Shown: positions 40,665 through 50,642 of the stretch, one piece after another
How the letters are laid out: each line of letters starts with the position of its first letter
How positions within the stretch are numbered: the first letter of the stretch is position 1
Assembly: GCA_009693795.1 (NCBI GenBank)
Contig: SHWN01000001.1
Span: 1 to 57,010, forward strand
DNA from: Acetobacteraceae bacterium
GTDB lineage: Bacteria; Pseudomonadota; Alphaproteobacteria; Acetobacterales; Acetobacteraceae
Direction: 5' to 3'
Length of the DNA stretch: 57,010 nt
Position numbers and translations under genes: made by a program
The notes under the pieces: generated by a model
Database searches by the model: none
The model's input: the letters and a program-made list of their open reading frames with translations, nothing else
What the model was told of the DNA's origin: nothing

Positions 40665-42344
40665 TCACTCGCCCAGTGCGACGCCTTCCTGACGGGGATC
40701 GGATGCGCCGAGCAGACCGGCTGGGGTGATGGAGATGGCTTGCAGGCCAGAGCGGAACGGTTGGATTTGTGTCCGTTGGCCGCGTGCTTCCAGGGCAGGG
40801 GCGAGGGCGGCGGCCTGGGTGTCGGCTTCCAGCTCGATTGCCTCACCGCGGCTGAGGATATGTGCAGCGGCGAGGGCGGCTTGCGGGTTGGCTTGCCAGT
40901 CCAGCAGATGCAGCAGGGTCTGGACGACAAAGCCGATAATAAGGTCGCCGCCGGGGGAGCCTACGACATGGGCGAGCTTGCCGTCAGGGGCATAGACCAA
41001 GGTGGGGGACATGGAGCTGCGTGGGCGCTTGCCGGCCTCGACGCGGTTGGCGACGGGACGGCCGTCAATCTCCGGGCGGAAGGAGAAATCCGTCAATTGG
41101 TTATTGAGGATGAAGCCGCGCACCAGCAGGTGGGAGCCGAACCGGGCTTCGATCGTGGTGCTCATGGCGACGGCATTGCCGGTGGCGTCGACGATGGACA
41201 TATGCGACGTGCCGTTTTCCGGTTGGGCGGGCGCGGGGGCTAGGTTTCGTTGGCCGCCCCAGCGCGGATTGCCGGCGCGCGGGGCATGGTTGGCGCGTGC
41301 GGGATCGATCAGCTGGGCACGAAGGGTAAGGTAACCGGGGGCCAGCAGCCCGGCGATGGGGGCGGGCACGAAATCGGTATCGGCGAGGTAGCGGGCGCGA
41401 TCGGCGGAGGCGAGGCGCTCGGCCTCGCCGATCAGCATCGCGACGTCGGCGCTGTTCGGGTCCATGCGGGGCAGATCGAAATGCTCCAGCAAACCGAGGA
41501 CTTGCAGCACGGTGACACCGCCGGAGGAGGGCGGGCCCATGCCGCAGATGCGATGGGCACGATAGAGGCCGCACACAGGCGGACGCTGTATTGGCTGATA
41601 GGCGGCGAGATCGTCGGTAGTCATCAGGCCGGGATTGGCGTCGGTGCGGATGGTGGTGGCGATCTCGGCGGCGATAGCGCCTTTGTGCAGGGCGTTGGCG
41701 CCGTCGGTAGCGATGGCACGCAGGGTCTCGGCCAAGGCTGGGTTGGCCAGCATCGTGCCGGCCGGCATTGGCGTACCATTGGGGCGGAGGAAATAGGCGC
41801 GGATGGCGGGGTGGCGTTTCAGCTGCGCCTCATCCGCCGCGATGGCGGCGGCGAGGCGCGGGGAAACCGGGAAGCCCTTGGCCGCCAGGGCGATCGCCGG
41901 GGCGATCAGATCTGCCCAGGGCAGCTTGCCATGCGCCTTATGGACGGCTTCCAGCATGCGCACCGCGCCGGGAACCCCGACAGCGCGCCCCCCCAGCACG
42001 GCTTGCAGAAAGGGCAGAGGCTGGCCATCCGGGGTGAGAAACAGATCCGGGGTGACGGCGGCCGGGGCGGTTTCTCGGCCATCCCAGCTAGTGACCTGGT
42101 TGGTCGCGGCGTCGTGCAGGACGAGGAAGGCGCCGCCGCCAATGCCGGAGGATTGCGGTTCCACCAATGTTAGAGCCATCTGCACAGCGACGGCGGCATC
42201 CACCGCGTTGCCGCCGGCTTGCAATATGGCGAGGCCCGCCGCCGCGGCCGCCGGGTGGGCGGCGGCAATCATGTGGCGCTTAGCCGGCTCCGCCGCGACC
42301 GGGGTGGCGAGCAGGAGGCAAATGAGCAGAAAACCACGACGCAT
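40665..42344 (-). CDS. ggt: gamma-glutamyltransferase
   Basis: 559 aa with a signal peptide; autoprocessing/catalytic Thr context [10 protein letters not shown]. Confidence 0.9.
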   Translation of the reverse strand: MRRGFLLICLLLATPVAAEPAKRHMIAAAHPAAAAAGLAILQAGGNAVDAAVAVQMALTLVEPQSSGIGGGAFLVLHDAATNQVTSWDGRETAPAAVTPDLFLTPDGQPLPFLQAVLGGRAVGVPGAVRMLEAVHKAHGKLPWADLIAPAIALAAKGFPVSPRLAAAIAADEAQLKRHPAIRAYFLRPNGTPMPAGTMLANPALAETLRAIATDGANALHKGAIAAEIATTIRTDANPGLMTTDDLAAYQPIQRPPVCGLYRAHRICGMGPPSSGGVTVLQVLGLLEHFDLPRMDPNSADVAMLIGEAERLASADRARYLADTDFVPAPIAGLLAPGYLTLRAQLIDPARANHAPRAGNPRWGGQRNLAPAPAQPENGTSHMSIVDATGNAVAMSTTIEARFGSHLLVRGFILNNQLTDFSFRPEIDGRPVANRVEAGKRPRSSMSPTLVYAPDGKLAHVVGSPGGDLIIGFVVQTLLHLLDWQANPQAALAAAHILSRGEAIELEADTQAAALAPALEARGQRTQIQPFRSGLQAISITPAGLLGASDPRQEGVALGE

Positions 42345-42495
42345 GGATGGTCTCCAGGGTGGGGATCAGGCCAGGCTGCGTCTGGAAGGAGAAGCGATGC
42401 GGACGCGACGGGAGAGGGGCCAGGGAGCATATGCCCTGCAGATCGATACCGGGGCAACCGCCAGCGCGGCGCTGGAGCAAGACGGCTAACCCATC

Positions 42496-43691
42496 ATGGG
42501 CCGTCATCTGCTTACCCAGGCGGGGGAAGTGGATGCCGTGGGGAAGAAAGGTGGCCCGCTTGCCATCACGCGGTCAAGGCTGCCGGACGGGGCTGGCGTG
42601 CTCTCCGCCCAGCAGCGTATGCAGCTGCTGGGAGCTACGGAAATTCTGCTGGCGGGACATCCGGGCTTGGGGCGCATGGGGGTGCGGCTCGACGCGCTAC
42701 TGGCGGACGCGGCGGGGACGGTGCGGCGGATTGCAGATGCGTTCCGCCAAGAGTGGGGGCGGCAAGGCGATTGCGATGGCAAAAAATTTAGCGTTGCCAG
42801 ATTGCCCTGCCCCATGGTCTCGGCCTACAGCGTGCTCATTCTGAATGATGCCGGCACCTCGGGGGGGTGATGCCGCTCTGCATTGCGATGGTGGGGGATA
42901 TGGTGCCGCTGCAACATCGGCAGCTGACGTTGTCACGGTTGGTGGCGTTCACCCTGGCCGGGCAAATCGCCGGCAGCAGCGTGTCCGGGTTGCTGGAGCC
43001 GTATCTGGGCTAGCGCGGGATCATGATCGCGGCGGGGTGCGTTGCGGCGTGCGGGATGGCGGGGATCCTGCTGGGTGGACACAGCGCGGCGCCGGAGCTG
43101 CGTCAACGCTTTGATCTGATCGGCGCCTTGCAGTGTTACCGGCACTTGCGGCACATGCCGACAGCGCAGGTGCTGTATTTGGCGGTGGAGGGTGGGCTGG
43201 TGCTGGGCTGCTTTGCCTATTTCGTCGCCATCCAGCAGGCGCGCGGCCTGGGCGGCGCGGCAGAAGCGGGCCTGACCGTGGCGGCATTCGGCTGCGGCGG
43301 GTTGGTCTATGCCGCCATCGCTAAGGTGGCTTTGCGGCGTTTTGGTCAGAGACGGCTGGTGCGTCTGGGCGGCGCGCTTTGTCTGCTGGCGTTGATGGGT
43401 TTTGGCTTTGCCACATCGGCGTGGCTGTTCATCGCCGGAGGCCTGATGCTCGGCGTTAACATGTATCTGATCCACAACATGATCCAGACCCGGGTGACTG
43501 AACTGATGCCGCAGGCGCGCGGCTCCGCCGTAGCGCTGCATGCGTTCCATTTCTTTGTCGGCCAAACCTTGGGGCCCGTGCTGTATGGGCTGACGTTGAG
43601 CCAGCTGGGCGGCGCAATCGCATTCCCGATCGCGGGAGCCTGCCTGTTGGGGCTGAGCTTCCTGCTGGGCCGGCCGAGCAACGCACATTGA
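42496..43691 (+). pseudogene. MFS transporter pseudogene
   Basis: From 42870 the frame reads MPLCIAMVGDMVPLQHRQ...LEPYLG, then an in-frame TAG at 43011-43013 where MFS proteins have Trp. The C-terminal six-TM half follows (ORF 43023..43691). Upstream of a G7 run (42861-42867) the homology moves to another frame and becomes weak. Confidence 0.65.
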
Positions 43692-43736
43692 CCCGCCCGA
43701 TGGGGTGACTGCTACCGGGTCTCTATGTGTATAAGT

Positions 43737-43884
43737 CACCGGAAGGAAGATTGGGGGCTTAGCCCCCGATCCCCCACTAGGGACGTGTCGTCCCTAAACC
43801 CCCGCCCGGATGGTGATGATTGAGGCCTAAGGGGCCTCGCCCGTTAGCGGGGTTCGGGGCCGAGCTCCGACCTTCCTTCCGATG
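43737..43884. repeat. MITE-like nested-palindrome intergenic repeat, copy 2 (short form)
   Basis: Termini caccGGAAGGAAGaT... and ...gaCCTTCCTTCCgatg are inverted. It carries the same four hairpin modules as copies 1 and 3 but lacks the ~100-bp central module. Confidence 0.8.
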
Positions 43885-43933
43885 ATACACAGACCCCGAG
43901 ACACGGTAGATGCCGCCTCGATCAGCGCGTGCG

Positions 43934-45763
43934 TTACGCGGCTTCAGAATCGGCCTTGCGATCGGCGCGTTTGCGGGCGTGGGGGTCAAGATGGCGTTTG
44001 CGTAAGCGGATGGCGCTAGGAGTGACTTCCACCAGTTCGTCGTCTTCGACGTAGGCGATGGCCTGTTCCAGACTCATGCGACGTGGTGGGATCAGCAGCA
44101 TGGCATCGTCCTTGCCGGCGGCGCGGACATTTGTCAGCTTCTTTTCCTTGATCGGGTTCACGTCCAGATCGTTCTCGCGGGAATGCTCGCCCAGAATCAG
44201 GCCCTGATAGACCTTGTCGCCGGGGTTCACGAACAGGGTACCGCGTTCCTGGATGTAGAACAGGGCATAATGGATCGCCTCGCCGGGTTCGGTGGAGATC
44301 AGGGAGCCGTTGCGGCGGCCTTCGAGCGGGCCTTTCCACGGGCCGTAGCCGGCGAAAAGGCGGTTCATGATGCCGGTCCCGCGCGTGTCGGTGAGGAATT
44401 CGCCGTGATAGCCGATCAGGCCGCGGCTGGGCATGTTGAAGGTCAGGCGGACCTTGCCGCCGCCGGAGGGGCGCATATCGGCGAGTTCGCCTTTACGACG
44501 GCTCATTTTTTCTACGACGATACCGGTATAGGGCTCGTCAACATCGACCAGCACTTCCTCCATCGGTTCTTCCCGAGCGCTAGTTTCAGCGTTTTGCCTC
44601 GTGAGGACGCGGGGACGGCCGATGGTGAGCTCAAACCCCTCTCGGCGCATTTGTTCGATCAGCACGCCGAGTTGGAGTTCGCCGCGGCCGGCGACCTCGA
44701 AGGCCTCGGTTTCGTTGCTGTCCGTAACCTTGATGGCAACATTGCCCTCGGCTTCGCGGAACAGGCGTTCGCGGATTTGCCGCGAGGTGACTTTCTTGCC
44801 CTCGCGCCCGGCCAAGGGGCCGTCATTGATGCGGAAGGTCATCGCCAAAGTGGGCGGATCGACCGGGATCGCCGGGATCGGGGTGGCGAGGTCAGGCGCA
44901 CCGATGGTGTCGGAAATGGTGGAGGCTGTCAGCCCGGCAACGGCGATGATGTCGCCGGCCACGACCTCGTCCACTGTGACGCGTTCGAGGCCGCGGAAGG
45001 TCATCAGGCGGGTGAGGCGGCCGGTTTCAACTACGGAGCCATCCTGGCGCAAGACTTTCACCGGCATGTTGAGGCGGGCGCGGCCCTGCTCGACACGGCC
45101 GGTAAGGACGCGACCGAGAAAATTATCGTATTCGAGAATAGAGGCGATCATGGCGAAGGGAGCGTCGTTATCGACGGTGGGTTCCGGCACATGCGCCAGC
45201 ACCAGATCGAACATCGCTGTCAGATCCTTGCGCGGGCCATCCAAGTTGCGGTCCGCCCAGCCCTGCCGGCCGGAGGCGAACAGCATAGGGAAATCCAGCT
45301 GATCGTCATTGGCGCCAAGAGCGGCGAAGAGGTCGAAAATTTCTTCATGGACTTCATCGGCGCGGCTGTCGGAGCGATCCACCTTGTTGACGACGACGAT
45401 CGGCTTGATGCCGCGTCCCAGCGCCTTGCCGACGACGAATTTGGTTTGCGGCAGCACGCCTTCCGCCGCGTCCACCAGGACGATAGCACCGTCCACCATA
45501 TTCAGGATGCGTTCGACCTCACCGCCGAAATCGGCATGGCCGGGGGTATCGACGATGTTGATTTTCGTCTCCCGCCACGCCACCGAGGTGCATTTAGCCA
45601 GGATGGTGATGCCGCGTTCGCGTTCCAGATCGTTGCGATCGAGCGCACGTTCCGCCACCACTTGGTGTTCGCGGAAGGCACCGGACTGCTTGAGCAGTTG
45701 ATCCACGAGCGTAGTTTTACCATGGTCGACATGGGCGATGATGGCGATATTACGGATTTGCAT
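43934..45763 (-). CDS. typA: translational GTPase TypA/BipA
   Basis: MQIRNIAIIAHVDHGKTTLVDQLL...; start at 45763 chosen by homology. Confidence 0.95.
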   Translation of the reverse strand: MQIRNIAIIAHVDHGKTTLVDQLLKQSGAFREHQVVAERALDRNDLERERGITILAKCTSVAWRETKINIVDTPGHADFGGEVERILNMVDGAIVLVDAAEGVLPQTKFVVGKALGRGIKPIVVVNKVDRSDSRADEVHEEIFDLFAALGANDDQLDFPMLFASGRQGWADRNLDGPRKDLTAMFDLVLAHVPEPTVDNDAPFAMIASILEYDNFLGRVLTGRVEQGRARLNMPVKVLRQDGSVVETGRLTRLMTFRGLERVTVDEVVAGDIIAVAGLTASTISDTIGAPDLATPIPAIPVDPPTLAMTFRINDGPLAGREGKKVTSRQIRERLFREAEGNVAIKVTDSNETEAFEVAGRGELQLGVLIEQMRREGFELTIGRPRVLTRQNAETSAREEPMEEVLVDVDEPYTGIVVEKMSRRKGELADMRPSGGGKVRLTFNMPSRGLIGYHGEFLTDTRGTGIMNRLFAGYGPWKGPLEGRRNGSLISTEPGEAIHYALFYIQERGTLFVNPGDKVYQGLILGEHSRENDLDVNPIKEKKLTNVRAAGKDDAMLLIPPRRMSLEQAIAYVEDDELVEVTPSAIRLRKRHLDPHARKRADRKADSEAA

Positions 45764-46050
45764 GGGAGGATATGTGCCAAAAAAAACAAATGTTGCGGCG
45801 CACACATAGTGTGTTGATGGCGCCGTGGCGAGCCTAAAATAGAGGGGGGGTGGGCGGTATTTCTGACGGGGGCCGTGTTATTTCTTGTAATTTTTCCGAG
45901 TCGGTCGCATATGAGCGGCATCGGCGCTTTTCCATCCGGGCTGTTTGTGCCTTCCCGCGACCCTGTCGCTACCGTTGTGCTCCCTTCCCCGCAGAAGAGT
46001 AATCCGGCCCGCCTATTGCGGGTCGCCGGTGATTTTGGAGTGAATTGGTT

Positions 46051-46257
46051 ATGACAAAAGGTACAGTGAAGTGGTTCAATTCACAAAAAGGCTACGGGTT
46101 TATTCAGCCGGAAGACGGCACGTCTGACGTATTCGTGCATATCTCCGCCGTGGAACGCTCCGGCATTGGCACGTTGAACGAGGGCCAGAAGGTCACGTTC
46201 GACGCGATGAAGGACCAAAAGGGCAAGATGTCGGCTGAAAACCTAAAGTCCGCCTAA
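46051..46257 (+). CDS. cspA: cold-shock protein (CspA family)
   Basis: [30 protein letters not shown], containing the RNP1 and RNP2 motifs. Confidence 0.95.
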   Translation: MTKGTVKWFNSQKGYGFIQPEDGTSDVFVHISAVERSGIGTLNEGQKVTFDAMKDQKGKMSAENLKSA

Positions 46258-46339
46258 ATCCAATTTTGGATAGACGGGATACTGGCGCCATGTTTGCATG
46301 GCGCCAGTATGTTACGCCGGGTTTGGTTGGAGTTTTTTT

Positions 46340-46555
46340 ATGACGCATAAGTTTCAAATCGGCCAGGCGGTCCATCTTATGCCGGGTCGTCAGGACGGTA
46401 ATACACCGGCCGGAGCGTATACGATCCAGCGCCAATTGCCGATTGAAGGACGCAACGTGCAGTACCGCGTCAAGAATACGCGCGACGGACATGAGCGCGT
46501 AGTGCCCGAGGGGCAGCTCTCGGCACAGGCCGGCTCGGGCTGGCCGGGCGGCTAG
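46340..46555 (+). CDS. small conserved hypothetical protein (71 aa) downstream of csp
   Basis: MTHKFQIGQAVHLMPGRQDGNTPAGAYTIQRQLPIEGRNVQYRVKNTRDGHERVVPEGQL. GGAG lies 7 nt upstream of the ATG. From memory it resembles small proteins seen in other alphaproteobacteria; this is unverified. Confidence 0.55.
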   Translation: MTHKFQIGQAVHLMPGRQDGNTPAGAYTIQRQLPIEGRNVQYRVKNTRDGHERVVPEGQLSAQAGSGWPGG

Positions 46556-46675
46556 CTCATACTGATCCCAGGCCAAGGCGAGACCTAGCGCCAGACCTAG
46601 GGCATAATGTTCAACGCGAGATAAGCCTCACCGGATGGGGTGATGTTCCTCGCCTTAAGTGTTGCCTTGCCAGGA

Positions 46676-46810
46676 TTGAATGTGCTGGTTAGGAAATCTA
46701 CGCCCTCCTACAGGACCCACCTCGCCACACCCATCGAACATATCCGCAGCCTCGATGGCATTCGTGGCCTGGCGGCGATTAGCATGGTTTTATTTAATCT
46801 CCTCCTATAG
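46676..46810 (+). pseudogene. acyltransferase-3 family N-terminal fragment
   Basis: ...HIRSLDGIRGLAAISMVLFNLLL followed by TAG. Only the first ~40 codons are recognisable, and any continuation is heavily degraded. Confidence 0.45.
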
Positions 46811-47018
46811 AGGCTGAACGCGACACAAATCGCGGATAATCTTTGGCCGGTCGGTCAGCGTGGGGTAAATCCCGGGTATGTAGTAGGTCACCGTCGACTA
46901 GTTGACGAGGCTCCAGTCACTTACCCGATGAGACAGCGGCTGCCCTGCGCCGGCTGCTGGGCTACCCAATCATCATATCTCCATGTCGGTGTTCTGCCAT
47001 AAGTCTATCACGCGATAA

Positions 47019-47252
47019 ATGCGCACTTGGGCTGCTATTTTTCAGATGGCCGGCAAAGCAAGGCTAAGAACGAGCGAGAGAACGGTTACGAGACTACAAA
47101 ATGCCACCCAGCATCCAATCCCTTATTTTGTTGCCAATGCAGGTGACTTATCTCGCGGATATCTCTTCTTTGCAATGGTCGGTGCGATATTTGGCTCGAT
47201 GGCTGCGCTAATAGAGCTTCTGGCCGTGCTCGTTTTCGAATGGTCGGATTGA
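47019..47252 (+). CDS. orphan 77-aa ORF with one C-terminal hydrophobic helix, in an AT-richer patch
   Basis: ORF only. It has a hydrophobic tail (YLFFAMVGAIFGSMAALIELLAVLVF), no recognisable family and no clear SD. Confidence 0.2.
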   Translation: MRTWAAIFQMAGKARLRTSERTVTRLQNATQHPIPYFVANAGDLSRGYLFFAMVGAIFGSMAALIELLAVLVFEWSD

Positions 47253-47649
47253 GGAGAAGCGTTCGAGCGGGTAAGCGTGTCAGCCTTACAAAGCGAACAG
47301 CGATTTATATGTTAGCACTAGGCACCTAGTCCGTTTTTTTGTTCGGGCGGCGATGGAAAGATGCGGATTTAAACGTCGCCCTTGCGCCGCTACGCTGCCT
47401 ACAGCCCCACCATCCCTGCCGCGTTCCGCGTGAACATGTCCGCGTCTGCGGCTCATCCGCCGTAAGGGCCCCAATCTCCCGACGTGGGGGAAATCTGGGT
47501 TTATATATTTTATGGCCATCCGCCCGTCGGCTAGACCCCGTTGCTCGTTCTTCTGGTTGTCTTGCCCATATTCTGGCTATTTTAGCATTTGGTCGAACGG
47601 CCATCTATAACCGCCTCAAGTCGTGTGCCGTTGGCCTGATTGTCCCGGC

Positions 47650-48783
47650 TCAATCGATCGCGGCATGCACGAGGTTGGCAACGCGATCGAGCCGAGCGGA
47701 ATGCCAGGGATCGGGGGAAACGAAATTCGTTAAGTAAGTAAACGACACGCCGCTGGTGGGATCAGCCCAGGAATAGGACGATCCAACGCCGCCATGCCCG
47801 AACGTGGATGGCGCGCCGATGGTACCGAGGCCGCGGATGCGCGCGCTTTCGCCGCGCACATGCGGGCCGAGGCCGCGATGCATGGGAATATCCGTCATCG
47901 CCGCGTCGGGCATTTCCGCTGTGTGGTTGCGCGCGACATAGGCGATCAGGCGAGGGGAAAATAACCGCACATCATTGAGTTTTCCACCATTTATCAGCAT
48001 TTGGTAAAAGGCCACCATGCCGCGCGCGGTGGCGTAACCACCACCCGAGGGCAGGCCGGCCGATTTAAACTCGACGGAGTTGTCGCGCGCTTCGGAAGCG
48101 TAGGTGTCGGCGCAGCGCGGCTGCTCTACGGCCGGCACGCCAACAAAAATCTCGCGGTCCAGGCCCAGCGGGGCGATGACGCGCTTGCGAATGACATCGC
48201 GGAAATCCTCGCCGGTGACGGCTTCGATCACCATCGCCTGCAAGGTGTGCGCGGCACGGCCATGATATTGTAGTTTGGAGCCTGGTGTCCACTCGAGGGA
48301 GAAATCTGCAACTTCGGCGCGCATTTTTTTGTGGTCAATCCAGGTGCCTTTGCTGATATCGGCGGAGGGGAAGCCACCGGTATGGGTCATGACCTGGTGT
48401 AAAGTGATCTCGGCCTTGCCCCGGCTGGCGAATTCCGGAATGTGATCTGCCACTTTATCCATGAAAGAGATTTTTCCCTCCTCCACGAGCGCCCAGACGG
48501 CGGCAGAGGTGAGGACTTTGGTTTGGCTAAATAGCAGAAACAAATTTTCGTCCGTCGCGGCCGTTTGCTTGGGTTCGGTTTTGGCGTTGCCGTAGGTTTT
48601 AAACAAGGCAAGGCGCCCGTGGCGGGCCAGGGCGATCTGCGCGCCGGGGTAACGACCTTCCGCGATATGGGCGCGGATCAGCCCGTCGAGATGCTCAAGT
48701 GGACGGGCGGCGAGGCCAAGTTCGGCGAGCGAGGCGGTGGGCAATGGGTAGGTCATGGTCGTTCTCCGGTGTCCGGCTGACAT
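47650..48783 (-). CDS. serine hydrolase, beta-lactamase/EstB (class C-like) family
   Basis: 377 aa; S-x-x-K motif (SQTK) near the N-terminus and HTGG further on. Confidence 0.8.
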   Translation of the reverse strand: MSAGHRRTTMTYPLPTASLAELGLAARPLEHLDGLIRAHIAEGRYPGAQIALARHGRLALFKTYGNAKTEPKQTAATDENLFLLFSQTKVLTSAAVWALVEEGKISFMDKVADHIPEFASRGKAEITLHQVMTHTGGFPSADISKGTWIDHKKMRAEVADFSLEWTPGSKLQYHGRAAHTLQAMVIEAVTGEDFRDVIRKRVIAPLGLDREIFVGVPAVEQPRCADTYASEARDNSVEFKSAGLPSGGGYATARGMVAFYQMLINGGKLNDVRLFSPRLIAYVARNHTAEMPDAAMTDIPMHRGLGPHVRGESARIRGLGTIGAPSTFGHGGVGSSYSWADPTSGVSFTYLTNFVSPDPWHSARLDRVANLVHAAID

Positions 48784-48893
48784 GCGTTGTTTGCAGGGAG
48801 GCTAACGCCGCCTGGGCGCGCGCGCCAGCATCAGATAAGATCAGCCTGGGATAGGACCAGCCCAGAGGTTGGTTTCGACGGCAAAGGGGAGGC

Positions 48894-49820
48894 ATGCGGC
48901 GCATGGCACGCATCGGATTTATCGGCTTGGGCAATATGGGTAGCCCGATGGTTTTGAATTTATTGAAGGCGGGGCATGTGGTGCGCGCCTTCGATCTTAA
49001 CCCGGCGGCGCTGGAGGCCTCGATAGCAGGGGGTGCGGTGCAAGCCCCGAGCATTGCTGATGCGGTGGCGGATGCGGAATTCGTGGTGACGATGCTGCCG
49101 GCGGGGGAGCATGTGCGCGCGGTGTGGACCGGTGCCGATGGCATTATCGAGGCCTTGCGCGGGCGCAACCAGGGACCGTTGTTGATGGATTGCTCCACCA
49201 TCGATGTGACGAGCGCACGCGCGGTAACGAAGGCGGCCGAGGATGCCGGGCTGGATGCGCTGGATGCGCCGGTATCGGGTGGTGTGGGTGGCGCGGTGGC
49301 AGGGACGTTGACCTTCATGGTGGGCGGCACTCCGGAGGCATTTGCGCGAGGCCGGCCAGTTTTGGCGGATATGGGCAAATCCATTGTACACACGGGTGCT
49401 GCCGGGGCGGGACAGGCCGTCAAAATATGTAACAACATGATTCTCGCGATCTCCATGACCGGGGTGGCGGAGGGCTTTGCGCTGGGGGTGAAGCTGGGCG
49501 TTGATCCCCAGAAGATTTACGATGTGGTGTCCGTGTCCACCGGGCGATGCTGGGCGTTGAACGATTACTGCCCGGAGCCAGGAATTGTGTTGGGGGCGCC
49601 ATCTTCCAAGGATTATGTGGCTGGGTTTACCGCGGCGCTGATGCTAAAGGATCTGAAACTGTCGCAGGATGCAGCGGCTTCGGTGGATGCGCCCACGGGG
49701 TTGGGCGCGGCGGCGACGAAATTGTTTCAGCGCACGGTGGATGCGGGGGAATCCGCAAAAGATTTCTCCGTCATTCGCCGCTGGCTGAGCAAGCAGGGCC
49801 GCAAGGATGTTGTTAGTTGA
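48894..49820 (+). CDS. mmsB: 3-hydroxyisobutyrate dehydrogenase
   Basis: GFIGLGNMGSPM Rossmann motif with HIBADH-type similarity over the full length. The true start is probably the ATG at 48903. Confidence 0.8.
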   Translation: MRRMARIGFIGLGNMGSPMVLNLLKAGHVVRAFDLNPAALEASIAGGAVQAPSIADAVADAEFVVTMLPAGEHVRAVWTGADGIIEALRGRNQGPLLMDCSTIDVTSARAVTKAAEDAGLDALDAPVSGGVGGAVAGTLTFMVGGTPEAFARGRPVLADMGKSIVHTGAAGAGQAVKICNNMILAISMTGVAEGFALGVKLGVDPQKIYDVVSVSTGRCWALNDYCPEPGIVLGAPSSKDYVAGFTAALMLKDLKLSQDAAASVDAPTGLGAAATKLFQRTVDAGESAKDFSVIRRWLSKQGRKDVVS

Positions 49821-49836
49821 ACGAAGGGGGCTCGTG

Positions 49837-50228
49837 ATGAGCAGCGCAGCAAACTTTAAGTCCGCTTAGGCCTTTCTGCAAGACAATCCCGCTGATTACC
49901 GCAAGGCCCACCGCTAATTCGGCTGGCCGGAACTGATGGCTTTCAACTGGCCGCTCGACTGGTTTGATGCCGAATTTGCGCACGGTCAGCATGATAACAA
50001 TATTGCGCTGCGCGTCGTTGGTGACGGAGCGGCGAAGCGCAACTTCAAGCAGCTCTCCGATGATTCCTCCCGTCTTGCCAATCGGCTGCGCGCACTTGGG
50101 GTGAAGCGTGGAGATCCTATCCTGCTGATGCCGGCGATATCGTGCCGCTATGGAAGGCGATGCTCGCCGGGATGAAGCTGGGCACGGTGGTCATTCCCGC
50201 TTCGAACCTGCTCACACCGGTGAATTTG
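49837..50228 (+). pseudogene. AMP-dependent acyl-CoA synthetase pseudogene (N-terminal ~130 codons only)
   Basis: MSSAANFKSA*AFLQDNPADYRKAHR*FGWPELMAFNWPLDWFD...GVKRGDPILLM/GDIVPLWKAMLAGMKLGTVVIPASNLLTP. In-frame TAG at 49867 and TAA at 49915, a 1-nt deletion near 50131, and truncation near 50228. Confidence 0.75.
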
Positions 50229-50564
50229 CAGATCGTAGAGATCGAGGCGTTTCTGGGGGCTGATTTCGAGGAGATCGCAGAAACCATCGGTGGTGATGAG
50301 GCCGGTTTTGACGCCGCGATACTGGACCAGCGCGTTGGTGACGACCGTGGTGCCGTGGCCGAAATAGGCGGCACCGCCCGGCTGGGCGGTAACGTGGAAG
50401 AGCCCTTCGGTGACGCCCTGGGCGATGCCTTGAGAAGGGTCGTCCGGGGTGGAGGGGACTTTCGAAACTTCGACGCGTCCAGTTGCGTCGTCGAATAGGC
50501 GTAGGTCAATGAAGGTGCCGCCGGAATCTACGCCGATGCGCCAGGCCTTGCTTGTCGTCCCCAA
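50229..50564 (-). pseudogene. hydantoinase/oxoprolinase A-subunit N-terminal fragment (second, divergent paralog)
   Basis: MGTTSKAWRIGVDSGGTFIDL...GHGTTVVTNALVQYRGVKTGLITTDGFCDLLEISPQKRLDLYDLQ. Homology stops where the acyl-CoA synthetase fragment abuts. Confidence 0.75.
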
Positions 50565-50642
50565 TTCCCTGTTCCTGTCATCGCAACTGGCTCGAGCGGG
50601 GAACCTGGGTCATGCTGGCGGCTTCACCGTGAGGGCGATGCG

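Noticed and set aside
45841-45875. G-run cluster (GGGGGGG-T-GGG ... GGGGG) in the typA/cspA divergent region as a G-quadruplex regulator.
   Set aside because: There are only three clear tracts unless the G7 run is split, one loop would be about 13 nt, and no second copy or conservation can be assessed. It is too weak to report.
47253-47649. Hidden structured RNA gene (two-piece tmRNA, SRP RNA, tRNA-like) in the gene-free 400 bp.
   Set aside because: There is no T-arm (GGTTCGANTCC) signature, no acceptor-like CCA context and no SRP-like conserved loop. Nothing here can be supported by eye. It is kept only as part of the scrap-DNA finding, pending cmscan.
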